Of a stretch of DNA of 64,000 bases, positions 1 through 10,669 are shown piece after piece. The position numbers and the translations under genes were made by a program. Each line of letters opens with the position of its first letter. The first letter of the stretch is position 1. This stretch comes from Macrostomum hystrix. Its lineage: Eukaryota; Animalia; Platyhelminthes. The stretch is taken from NCBI GenBank assembly GCA_950097015.1, contig CATNEN010000041.1, forward strand, positions 1,550,001 through 1,614,000, in the 5' to 3' direction. Under the pieces are notes generated by a model. The model had not been told where the DNA came from, searched no databases, and saw only the letters and a list, made by a program, of their open reading frames with translations.

Positions 1-81
1 TGGTTCTACTGTTAATACCCCCGTGTCTTTATACCGTTAAGGGAGGCTTCGCTATACCTAGCGACAGCAGAAGAGATAAAT

Positions 82-804
82 ATGAGCGCATCCGCTTGGA
101 TACCAGAAGTGAAATCGGCTCAGCCATGTCGGCCCTCCAGTTTCTTCTGCGCGTCTTCGCCATCCGCTGCAGCTGAGTTCGGGCCACTCGGCTGCTTCCT
201 TGGCAACGAGGGTGGCTTGAGGAACCTCAACGGTCTGGTAGGCTGGACGAAGATCGGCCCGTACACGGTGGATACGCGTCCCACGGCTAGCTGTGTTCTG
301 CTGAGAAACATGACAGCAGGACTGTGCGGCACCATCTGCTCTATTGGCAACTTTGCTTACTTTGGAGTGCAGTACTCACATGAGTGCTACTGCGGCAACA
401 CCTGCTGCAGACAGGGAGCTGGCGATCCCAGGACCTGCAACATCGGCTGCAAAGGCAAATCTGCAGAGATCTGCGGAGGAGCCAACCGGAACTCCGTGTA
501 CCGCCTTCTCTACCTGCGTCCAAGTGCTAAAAATACCATTTGAGACTGACTTACATTTTTAGTTGGCAATGAGTTCACCATCTCTGACCTTCTCTACTTG
601 AACGTGACGTCATCGGCCGGGCCACTCTACCGCAGCCAGCTAGCCCTGTACGCCATTGATTGCATCAGCCGCTGCGACGCCGAATGCCAAGCCGTCCTGC
701 TCAGCCGAGTTGTGTGCTACCTGCTGAAGTTCCCGGCTCTGCCGAACCAGCTTGCCAACATTGGCGGAGAATTTTTCGTCCGTCGCTTAGGGACTCGAGG
801 ATAA
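82..804 (+). CDS. WSC-domain protein with C-terminal PAN/apple-like module (2 exons; 5' end uncertain)
   Basis: WSC motifs PLGCF...YFGVQYSHECYCGN...CNIGCKGKSAEICGGANRNSVY. A 39-nt GT-AG intron at 524..562 (phase 1) joins in frame to 563..804 (AIDCISRCDAECQAV...VVCYLL). AATAAA at 923. A signal-peptide-like ATG at 126 is one base out of frame. Confidence 0.75.
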
Positions 805-1202
805 GACGCAAACTCTGGCCTACAAGGCCTAATATCGCTTTTTTGAACTTTTTAGAGTTTCCGGCGCTTAGCCCGGATGAAATCCTGAGTTGATGAGACA
901 GTTCAGATGTGCTCGAATTCAGAATAAACTTTATATTATAGCAATTTCACCTGCAAGCTCGCAGCTTTTTTGACGACGCCCTAACGCACTACTTGTACAA
1001 CACTCCATTGTACCCTTTTGTCTATGGTTTCCGGCATTCATACTTGCGGTAACAATTTAATTGTTTGCCGGCTTTTTTCGATTGTTGCCCGATTTCAGAC
1101 GAATGTATTTGGCTATCAAAACAAGGAACAACAATAGCAACACGGCGAAAGTGTTTCATAGTCACAAAAGTTCGTAAGAACAAACCGATCAAATCACTTG
1201 TT

Positions 1203-2494
1203 TTACGTTCCGTAAAAGTTGAACGTGCAGTTGTGGAACTGACCATCACAGAGGCTTCTCGGCAGGTCCACTTGGCCGCCCTCGGGTGCTTTCATCAGCT
1301 CGCCTCTATCAGACCCAGTCGTCACACTTTCGATGGTGGACTCCGCATCGTCGTCAATCTTGGTGACTTTGGACCCATAGGCAGCCAGACAAGCGCTCAT
1401 TCGGGCCACACAGTCTATGTCTCGCCGCTTGTATGTACATCCACTGAGCTCGAATTCTTGTGTCCCGTCATTTGTGTAATCGCTTGATTATCGAAACCGG
1501 CCTTGGCCAAACAGTTCACCTAAGTTTCAGCAGTTGGATAAGACAGTATTCTTACAGTTTTACTGAAGTGAGTAGGCCATGCAATCTTTACTCACCGTGG
1601 TTACTCGTACACAATGGTTGATGTACTTCCGCTGCAGAGCCAGACACGCACTCAGATTCTTCATGAAATCTTTTCCGAGTCGTTGGCAGGCTGAGAAGCC
1701 AGACTTATTGAGCCTTGGGAACAACACTTCACATCCATTCGGTAGTTCAGAGACGTACATTTTAAAGGCTTCGACGGGACAAACAGCTTTGTCTTGCACG
1801 CTGAACATCCGAGCTAACTTGAGATCCTTGAATGCCTTCTCGTTCAACGACGCTTTAACATTTTTAGACAGCATGGCGACAGCGACGCGTACAAACTCCT
1901 TACCTCCTTCTGACACTATCTCAAAACATCCAGATTTTCTCGGCCTCGCAGTGCGAAATGGAGCAGGACGTTGAAAATGTTTTCGTCCTGCAGTTTACAA
2001 AGGGACGTTCGGTCAAAGTATGCGCGAATTGTTTGCATGTCGTCCTCGGAAATAGCTTCGTATTTGTCTACCTTCTCGACGTGTCCTCCCATGTACATTT
2101 TCACCATGGCGACAAGAACGCCATTGCAACGCTTGAAGGCTTCTCCGGTAATGATGTTCACCTGGCGATTAACGGACGGGGATTGCAGGTGGCGTTGAAT
2201 AGCCGCACGAAAACAGATGAGAGACTTTGGCGAATAGTAAGTTCCATCCTGCTTTCGAAGGGATGAATAGAAAAGCCTCAGATAGTCGTTCAAAAATCGA
2301 TCCGGAACACGCTCAAACTCCTGGCAGAGCCCCTTCTCGTTGAGGAACTATCGGAACATTGCCACGTGAAGCTTCCGTTGCGTCTCGGTCGATTTCGGCA
2401 CTGATTCACTCTCAAGTCGGTCCAACATTTCCAGATCTTCGCTACTTAGCTCAGGTAGCCCGTTGGAACTGGACGACGCATCCAGGTTGTCCAT
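1203..2494 (-). mobile_element. Decayed Crypton (tyrosine-recombinase / DUF3504-type) transposon
   Basis: Fragments LRLFYSSLRKQDGTYYSPKSL..RAAIQRHL, ALRGRE (catalytic R), CPVEAFKMY, NHCVRVT (HxxR), then an intron at 1520..1595, LAKAGFDNQAITQMTGHKNSSSV and YKRR (catalytic Y near 1431), ending FHNCTFNF. In-frame TAG at about 2348, frameshifts near 1916 and 1435. Confidence 0.85.
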
Positions 2495-3227
2495 CTCCAG
2501 AACGTAGCGCGTGCTCGACTCTCGGGTGACAAAAGCCAACTCGTCCGTGGAGAGTCCACATATTTCTTCGCCAGGAATGTGTGAGTGAGTACACTGCTTA
2601 GCAACAGAAACTCATTTCACATGCTCAGCTCTGTGTGTGAATGAGTACACTGCTTAGCAACAGAAACTCATGTGTTGTAGTTAGCCTACGCGTGTTGACA
2701 TACTAATTAAAGAACTGAGCTTTGGTTAGGTGAAGCAATGCCAGTCTGGTAAATGATGGCGAATATTTCGTCACTCCTGCTATCGTTAGCGATCTGTCTG
2801 GCCGGCTTTGGTGAGATTTCCGTTCAATTTTTTTCGTCCTTACTTTCAATCAAGTGACACTAACAATGATGCAAACTATCGCTCCGCCACAGGGGACCCC
2901 ATGGAAGGGCAAAAGACACACTTGGACAGCCCGGTTTACTGCGCACCTCTCGGTACCTCCTGTGACGACTTCTTCGTCCAATGCTGTTTAGGGAGCTGCA
3001 AATACGCGTTCAAATTTTCTGGCCAGCCCATTTACATTTGCTCCTGATAGCGCTGTCATAGATGCTGGCAAGATGTACTGGTTAGTAATAGTTAATCAAT
3101 ACTCACAGTTTTGTGTCCGTTCCCATTTTCTGATATAAATATACTTCAATACTAATACTAAAATACCAAATAATTCAATACTAAAAATGTTACTAAATAG
3201 CAAGAATTAAAAAATGCTTTAAGTCTG

Positions 3228-3497
3228 CTGAGCCAATGAGAGTTCGCTGTGCCTATACTGAGCCAATTAGAATTCAGTGTGCCTATATACTGAGCCAATC
3301 AGAATTCAGTGTGCCTATATACTGAGCCAATCAGAATTCAGTGTGCCTATATACTGAGCCAATCAGAATTCAGTGTGCCTATATACTGAGCCAATCAGAA
3401 TTCAGTGTGCCTATATACTGAGCCAATCAGAATTCAGTGTGCCTATATACTTCGTACCGAGACAATGAGATTTCGCTGTGCCTACTGAGCCAATCGC
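3228..3497 (+). repeat. 32-bp minisatellite, each unit with a CCAAT box and TATATA
   Basis: Unit actgagccaatcagaattcagtgtgcctatat; AGCCAAT at 3231, 3261, 3293, 3325, 3357, 3389, 3421 and 3488. Confidence 0.9.
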
Positions 3498-3765
3498 AGG
3501 ACACCTAGGACTGGGGATTGAAGAATTGAGTCCAGCCCCGGCGGTAAGCGATCCAATCAGCGCGAGGGGTGATAAGGCCCCTGACTCTGGCTATGCCTGG
3601 TTACGCCAAACAACGAATCAAAAGCAACAACAACAAAGCGCTGTTTGATTTTTATTGAGGCCGATAAGAAGTGGAATGCAATGAACTTTTGTAATGCAAT
3701 GCAAATACGGGTAATCATGTTATTGTTTAGCATGTAACAGGTTAGTCATACAATCCCATAGACAC

Positions 3766-4809
3766 TCATGTAGTTTGAGACGACTCAGCGGATGGTGCCG
3801 ATGCGGCGGGCCGGCCCATCGACTGTCCATCGTCACAGCATCGCCGCCGCCATTTCGCTCTGAGATGGGCGCAGGCAACGAAGCTGCGGAACTTCGGCAT
3901 GAAGACCAGGTAGAGCACGGGGTTCACCGCGCTGTTCAGGCTGAGCAGGAACGAGTCCACGCTGTCCAAGGCTCCGCGCTTCTCCATAGGCACGCCGACG
4001 CAGTACATGAGGTAGGTGATGGAGTCCATGGCAAACAGTAGCACGAATGCACCGCTTGTTACGCAGGTCATCAAGGTCAGCCGCTTGGTGGCGCCCGTCA
4101 TTCTTTTCCCGCTGGCGCGTGCATGCTCGTGTAGCTTTTTAGAGCGTCGAAATGTACGCAGTATAATGAGGTACATGACAATGGACACTGCAGAGGGCAG
4201 AATCCAAAACAGTAAAAAATAGCTGACACCAAAGCCCATCAAGACTTGCTTGTCATTGTCACTAAACTCGCAGCGCTTTAGCTCGACTGCTCCCGACGAA
4301 TTCGTTGAGGTTTCATTCTCCGCAACGAACAAGTGCTGGGGCGACTTGACCAGCACCGTGACAAGGAAGCAGTAGGGCACCTGAGTCAGGAATGGCGCCC
4401 CCAGCACGAACCCGATGAAGCAGCCCGCCAGCAGTGCTTGGTTCTTTCTGTACCAACCCTGAGCAGAGATGCAGCAGCAGCGCTCGACTGCCAGGCAAGC
4501 CAGATTGTAGACACTCATGCAGACCAGACACCAGTGGAAGATCTCGCTGTAGACCAGCTTGCAGTAGGCCAGCCAGACGGATTCGGAAATCGACTGCGAC
4601 GGCTTAGGTAAGAACTCGAAGTACTGGAAGTTAATGAGGTTGACCAGCATCTGCAGGGTGTCGATCGCTGTCTGGCTGCGTAGCAGGTAGGAGCAGAGCC
4701 GAGTTCCGATCTTGTGTCGGATACCGAATGCCATGAAGGTGATGTTCAGGGCAATGGCCAGTAGCAGCAGAACGCTCAGGATGACGCGAAGAACAGAAGT
4801 TGGATCCAT
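3766..4809 (-). CDS. Intronless class A (rhodopsin-like) GPCR, 347 aa, orphan/peptide-receptor-like
   Basis: Seven hydrophobic segments; LAVERC (DRY variant), FWILPS..Y (TM5), SAVNPVLY (NPxxY). ATG at 4809; minus-strand AATAAA at 3651..3656. Confidence 0.92.
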   Translation of the reverse strand: MDPTSVLRVILSVLLLLAIALNITFMAFGIRHKIGTRLCSYLLRSQTAIDTLQMLVNLINFQYFEFLPKPSQSISESVWLAYCKLVYSEIFHWCLVCMSVYNLACLAVERCCCISAQGWYRKNQALLAGCFIGFVLGAPFLTQVPYCFLVTVLVKSPQHLFVAENETSTNSSGAVELKRCEFSDNDKQVLMGFGVSYFLLFWILPSAVSIVMYLIILRTFRRSKKLHEHARASGKRMTGATKRLTLMTCVTSGAFVLLFAMDSITYLMYCVGVPMEKRGALDSVDSFLLSLNSAVNPVLYLVFMPKFRSFVACAHLRAKWRRRCCDDGQSMGRPAASAPSAESSQTT

Positions 4810-4821
4810 GATTCTGCCCAA

Positions 4822-5150
4822 GATCCTGCAGGTAGATTCTGCAGTATAAAGTTTCTATTGCTGGATCCTACAGGTAGATTCTGTTGGAGGATCCCTGTCG
4901 GTAGATCCTGTACGTAGATTCCGTTGGTGGATCCTGTAGGTAGATTCTTTCGGTGGATCTCCTTCTGGTAGATCCTGTATGTTTTTGGATCCTGTAGGTA
5001 GATTCTTTCGGTGGATCTCCTTCTGGTAGATCCTGTATGTTTTTGGATCCTGTAGGTAGATTCTTTCGGTGGATCTCCTTCTGGTAGATCCTGTATGTTT
5101 TTGGATCCTGTTGGTAGATTATGCAGGTAGATTCTTTTCGTGGATCCAGT
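4822..5150. repeat. 58-bp minisatellite with GGATCC/GTAGAT subunits next to the GPCR start
   Basis: ggatcctgtaggtagattctttcggtggatctccttctggtagatcctgtatgttttt repeats with period 58 (4987 to 5045) and has degenerate flanks. Confidence 0.85.
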
Positions 5151-5959
5151 GTGCAAGTGTCACCACGTAGAAGTTTTTACGATTTTCTAAGGATTTTTGG
5201 TTGGCCACGTAGCTTTGTTTATTCTATTTTGCTTTGCTTATCGCTTTAGATTTTCTGTGGTACCACATTACAGTAAGCACATACTTAGGGTACGTGTTTC
5301 GCTAAAAAGCAATACCTGCACCTAGCTAAGATAAAGCTAAATTAGTTAAAACAAGTCCACAAATTTGAAATTTCACATGTTAATCTTACCTTGGTTTGAT
5401 TAGATTCAGCGTCCTGTATTGTGTTGTGCAAAGTTTTAGGCCCAATAACATGGAACAATATGCATCAATGAAGCATAATATATTAAAAGCAAATGTGTGC
5501 ATCGGACAAATCTGTCTAGATACTTTCTTGTCACTCCGAGGATGCATGAGCGTGAGCGAGTCTGCATGACGTACATTGCGCACAGTGCACAGAATGATGC
5601 GTTAAAGCAGCACCGTACAATACATTTCCGCACCAGTTCTCAGTTAATTAGACTCGCTCATCCTCGAATACACAAAAAATAATTTGCTGAGCCTCTATTT
5701 GCTCGGCCATTGGTTGCCTGCCTTTAAATGTGCAAAGTATATCTGCAAGCGACAGAATGATATCCAGCGAAAGCTTTAGTTGCTCTGTGCAATTGGTGTG
5801 AAAATTCATACAAAGGCCGGGCGGACTGGGTATGTTGGCTAAAAAGAGAAATTCGGCCAACCGGTTTAAAATCTCTTCTGTTCTATTTCTGACCCTGAAT
5901 CTCTTTGCTTAAGTGATAGAGGGATGAATGGAAGGGATGAATTCACCAAAATCCTTGAC

Positions 5960-8900
5960 TCCCCCAGCTCAGTTGTGACACTGCCAATTTGAATATAATA
6001 ATGCCTGAATATTGAAATGTGCTGCAGCTCTGATTTACTTGAAATTTACCAGGACTCATTATATATATGTAGAGCTCGTGTCCTCAATTCATTTTTATAC
6101 CAACAGTCATATTCCACATTGGAAATAGGAATTTATATTTACTAAAATAATTTAATAAAATAGTAGAATTACCAGTGGCCCTTATCGGCTTATAGAAATT
6201 AAAGCTTCTATCGCTTTAGGATAAGTCGAGGAACAAAGTTTCACAAGTTACTTATTTTTGGCTTATCCCACGCATTGAACAAACAAATTTAATATATATA
6301 TACCAAAGTGTTTCAGATAATGTAAAAAAGGTAATAATTATTAAAATATAAAATACTTGATCATAATATTTTTAACCTTATGCAAATAAATAACTAGCAA
6401 TAATGGTGCGATTTTTTAATTGCTATTTTTTCGAATTCCCAGTTTACGCCACAAATACATCGAGAGGAACGAACACATATACTTGGTTTGCTCCCTTAAA
6501 GTAAAAACTGTGTAAAAGCAGCACTTATTTTAGATAGAAAATATCCTCTCTAAAGTTTATCTTAAAAATAATTTAATCAACATTAAATATGCCATTCAAT
6601 TCAAATGGGCTAAAACGAAATAAATTATGATTTAGCTTATACAGAGTAAGCTTTTGTACAGAAATAACACTAACAGAACAAATAACTTAGTGAAAAATGT
6701 ACAATAAAGGCCAAGGACTATATCAAACAACACAGCACGCTCAACTCAATCTTGGTACAAAATTTTCAAAAGGCTGGCTTAAGCATGCAGCTCTACAGCT
6801 AGCCAATCGTTTCATTGCTATAATTATTTTATACAGCAAAAAAGTTTATCTGACAATGGGGATAGCTAACACTTGAAGGTTATTGAAGTTGCTGTTACTT
6901 GGTCTTCATGTTTGATAGATAAGAAGAGAAGTAATTATGAGTAGGCCTATATAACTTGTGGAAACAAAGTTAATTGTTTCTGGGTAATAGGAGCATTATG
7001 AGTCCCAACAATTGAGATAAATACACAGTGTATATCTATATTATTGTCCAGAGAACAACTAAGACTTACTTAGGCCTATTCACCAGAATGGCTAATAAAA
7101 ATTGCTTGCTTCTGTTACGATATATGTACCTCTTGAAATACAAATCATATTTTATCAAATAATCTATTTGGATTTTTATGTATCTTTAAATTGTTCCTTT
7201 ATATGTATTGTGTAATGCACAACTGAAACACACTGAGCCACTTAACAGGCTCAAGCAGTAAAAAACTTTGTAAGCTATATTCAACAAAGCTAATGTAACT
7301 TAACCATTGTACTTATACCTGTTGATAAAGTTATAGGCCTATCCTGTACCTGGTCCCAATTCTGGTACCTTGTATTTACACATGTTCTTTGATCCATATC
7401 CATATTCAAATGTGGCTTAAGCATGCATCCAAGAAATAGATATGGTTAAAGGATAGCTGCTTAAGCCACCCTTTAAAACAATACACAAAGTTTGAGCATG
7501 TGTGAAGTTGAGCTTGAGTTGATCATATTTTGTTAAAGTCCTTGATTAGCAGATTGACATTATGGGTAGCTCAACTTAATGAATGCCTCTACATGTGTGA
7601 AAAAACTAGTTCTATAGGTGCAAGTGGGTCCCATAAAACATTCTCTGTTCTATGCATATATATTATCTATGGGGCCCTATAGCTACTCCATAGGCCTAAC
7701 TACAGGTATAACAGTTTTTTGTTTAATTAGGACCTACTAATTGAACAACTTAAAAAATATTTTTCTAAGAAAACATCTTTGATTTTTGATGAGTCAATAC
7801 TGTAAATTGTATACAACTTCATTTTCACACTCTTTCCATGGTGTTGGTATAGACTATAGGATCATCACATGCTGGAAATTTTGTGGTTCACTATATCATG
7901 ATAATTATGGTTAGGCAGCACATTAGAGTCCTGCCAGCATATTGGTACATATAATGTTGTTGCTGGAAGCTTATTTGCCAAAGTTTTTCGCACTTATACA
8001 TTATGCATTATCTTGGCCATATTTTATCATGTTATAACCATACCCTACAGTATTTTCTTTATACCTAGATATCAGCTATCTCCTACTGAAACTAATTTCG
8101 GCCATATGCACATCTTTTGTAGCTTACATCAGAACTGAAGCCTGAACTTGAAAAAATATGCTATGTATCTTGTTACTAACATTTCATTACAGCATTACAA
8201 AATATTTGTCCAATTAAACAAAAACTTAAACATTAAATTTGAAACTAGAGTATAATGAGTATGTGATAAGAAAAGGCATTCTAGAGTATAATGAGTATGT
8301 GAAAAGAAAAGGCATTCTAGAGTATAATGAGTATGTGATAAGAAAAGGCATTCTAGAGTATAATGAGTATGTGATAAGAAAAGGCATTCTAGAGTATAAT
8401 GAGTATGTGACAAGAAAATGCATTCTAGAGTATAATGAGTATGTGATAAGAAAAGGCATTCTAGAGTATAATGAGTATGTGACAAGAAAATGCATTCTAG
8501 AGTATAATGAGTATGTGACAAGAAAATGCATTCTAGAGTATAATGAGTATGTGACAAGAAAAGGCATTCACTTTTTGCAAACTTCACCAACTTGTAGGCA
8601 TTGGGGGTACAGATGCTTGCTCTTGTATAGAAAGAAAAGACTTTTCATGTAAATATATATGTATTATGTGTATATGTATGTATATCAGTCAATCATATAT
8701 ATATATATATATTTATTTATTTAGTCATTAAATTATTAGGTCTATATTTTTGACTAAAAGCAAAAACCTAGAAATAAGGGAAAAAAAGTTTTTGCTATTT
8801 TCTGTGGGCAAAAAATTAATTTTAGATGTTTATTCTAGAGTCATGTAGACCTAATTAGCTGATGGAAGATGTATTTTTACATATTTTGATTGAACCATTC

Positions 8901-9283
8901 TGTAGTCCTAGTAAATGCAATCATTCAATATTAGTAACTCAAAACAAATGATCTCATGAGGTAATGAATCTAACTGATATAAAAATTGATGGCTAAGCCT
9001 ATGCCCACCTAGCCAAAGACTAGCTTTTGAATTTCATGTATTTGTTAATTATATTTGCTTCTTGATATCATCCTAGTTTTAAATTATTAATTTAAATTAG
9101 CACAAAATGCAAATCAGGGCATTAAAAATTTGTGTTGAAAATATTTCAAGAAACAAATTGACATTTTTTACTTTCATCATTCATCTATATTCTGTGTTCA
9201 GGTTCTAGATTTACTTTCATCATTCATCTATATTCTGTGTTCAGGTTCTAGATTTACTTTCATCATTCATCTATATTCTGTGT
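5960..9283. other. AT-rich, strongly CpG-depleted island with no intact ORF
   Basis: About five CG dinucleotides by eye between 6720 and 9240, against CpG-rich exons on either side; no non-repeat ORF over 60 aa in the ORF track. Confidence 0.75.
8245..8568. repeat. 36-bp minisatellite, 9 copies
   Basis: Unit ctagagtataatgagtatgtgataagaaaaggcatt. Confidence 0.95.
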
Positions 9284-9368
9284 CATACATGCGCAACCTC
9301 CCAAATTTACACCGGCCGTGCGTTTTTAAAAAAAAATGCGACATACCTATGCCCAAATTTTTTTATCT

Positions 9369-9432
9369 GGGTAAACGGCAGGGGTAACTATGACTGTGTT
9401 GCAATAGTAAAATGCCTCGTCATCTAATTAGT
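9369..9432 (+). pseudogene. 64-bp 28S rRNA fragment (helix 69-71 region) inside the transposon
   Basis: GGGTAAACGGCAGGGGTAACTATGACTGTGTTGCAATAGTAAAATGCCTCGTCATCTAATTAGT versus the conserved eukaryotic 28S GGGTAAACGGCGGGAGTAACTATGACTCTCTTAAGGTAGCCAAATGCCTCGTCATCTAATTAGT (recalled from memory): 54/64 identical, ungapped. Confidence 0.9.
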
Positions 9433-10669
9433 CTTCCGCTGGCAGCAGAGTGCACTCTGGCGACTCGATCGTCGGCGTGAATGAAATTGGTGAGGTCAGC
9501 TGCGTGGCGTCGCCCGTCAAGCTGCTTCCCTGCTTGTCCAATCGGATCTTCCAGGTGGTGCCGGAGACCATAATGCTCAACATCACCATCACCATACTCA
9601 CGAATGTGTCATACTGTACGCCAGAAAAATGGTCTTGTGTGCCAGAAATTCAAATTTCAAATGTACGCCGGGAAGCAAACTGTAGCCCATAAAATGTTTA
9701 TGCACTGTAATAAATCTGATTGCGACTTACCTCCCCCTGAATGTGACTTACTTCCCTCTGAATGCGACTTACTTCCCTCTGATTGCGACTTACTTACCTT
9801 GGAATGCGACTTACTTCCCTCTGATTGCGACTTACTTCCCTCTGAATGCGACTTACTTCCCTCTGATTGCGACTTACTTCCCTCTGATTGCGACTTACTT
9901 ACCTTGGAATGCGACTTACTTCCCTCTGATTGCGACTTACTTCCCTCTGAATGCGACTTACTTCCCTCTGATTGCGACTTACTTCCCTCTGAATGCGACT
10001 TACTTCCCTCTGATTGCGACTTACTTCCCTCTGAATGCGACTTACTTCCCTCTGATTGCGACTTACTTCCCTCTGAATGCGACTTACTTCCCTCTGAATG
10101 CGACTTACTTCCCTCTGATTGCGACTTACTTCCCTCTGAATGCAACTTACTTCCCTCTGATTGCGACTTACTTCCCTCTGAATGCGACTTACTTCCCTCT
10201 GATTGCGACTTACTTCCCTCTGAATGCGACTTACTTCCCTCTGATTGCGACTTACTTCCCTCTGAATGCGACTTACTTCCCTCTGAATGCGACTTACTTC
10301 CCTCTGAATGCGACTTACTTCCCTCTGATTGCGACTTACTTCCCTCTGAATGCGACTTACTTCCCTCTGAATGCGACTTACTTCCCTCTGAATGCGACTT
10401 ACTTCCCTCTGATTGCGACTTACTTCCCTCTGAATGCAACTAAGTTGCCTCTGATTGCAGATTTTGTCACGTTTTTGCTTCTTTCCCCATTTGCTTTCCT
10501 TCCTTTCTTCTTTCCTTTCTCTGCTTTCCTCCTTTTCCTGCCTTCTTTTCTTTTTTTCCGCTCGTTTTTTTCTGTCCGATTTTTTTCTCGGGTGGCCATT
10601 TTTGCGACTTACCTTGCTCGGCCGCTCGTCACCCGGCCGGATCGGCCGGGTCGGCCGGGTGTTGCGCAT
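9428..10669 (-). CDS. Putative spliced 80-aa single-TM peptide encoded inside the transposon
   Basis: Exon 1 10669..10613 (ATG in the TIR, MRNTRPTRPIRPGDERPSK) ends at AAG|GTAAGT. Exon 2 9613..9428 follows tttttctggcgtacag| and reads YDTFVSMVMVMLSIMVSGTTWKIRLD...PAED*. Both junctions are phase 0, and exon 2 has host-like codon usage. Confidence 0.4.
9715..10455. repeat. 21-bp minisatellite (about 35 copies) inside the transposon; carries GTAAGT on the minus strand
   Basis: Unit tgcgacttacttccctctga(a/t). Confidence 0.95.

Noticed and set aside
7930-8030. Gag-like zinc knuckle as an annotated LINE ORF1
   Set aside because: Needs several frameshifts and substitutions; kept only as a hint within the CpG-depletion finding.
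9369-9432. Functional rRNA gene or group I intron
   Set aside because: Only 64 nt match, helix 69 pairing is broken, and the flanks are not rRNA and show no intron core.
9450-9692. Plus-strand 80-aa ORF MHSGDSIVGV...
   Set aside because: Starts at GTG and is the antisense shadow of the minus-strand exon, which has the acceptor and better codon usage.
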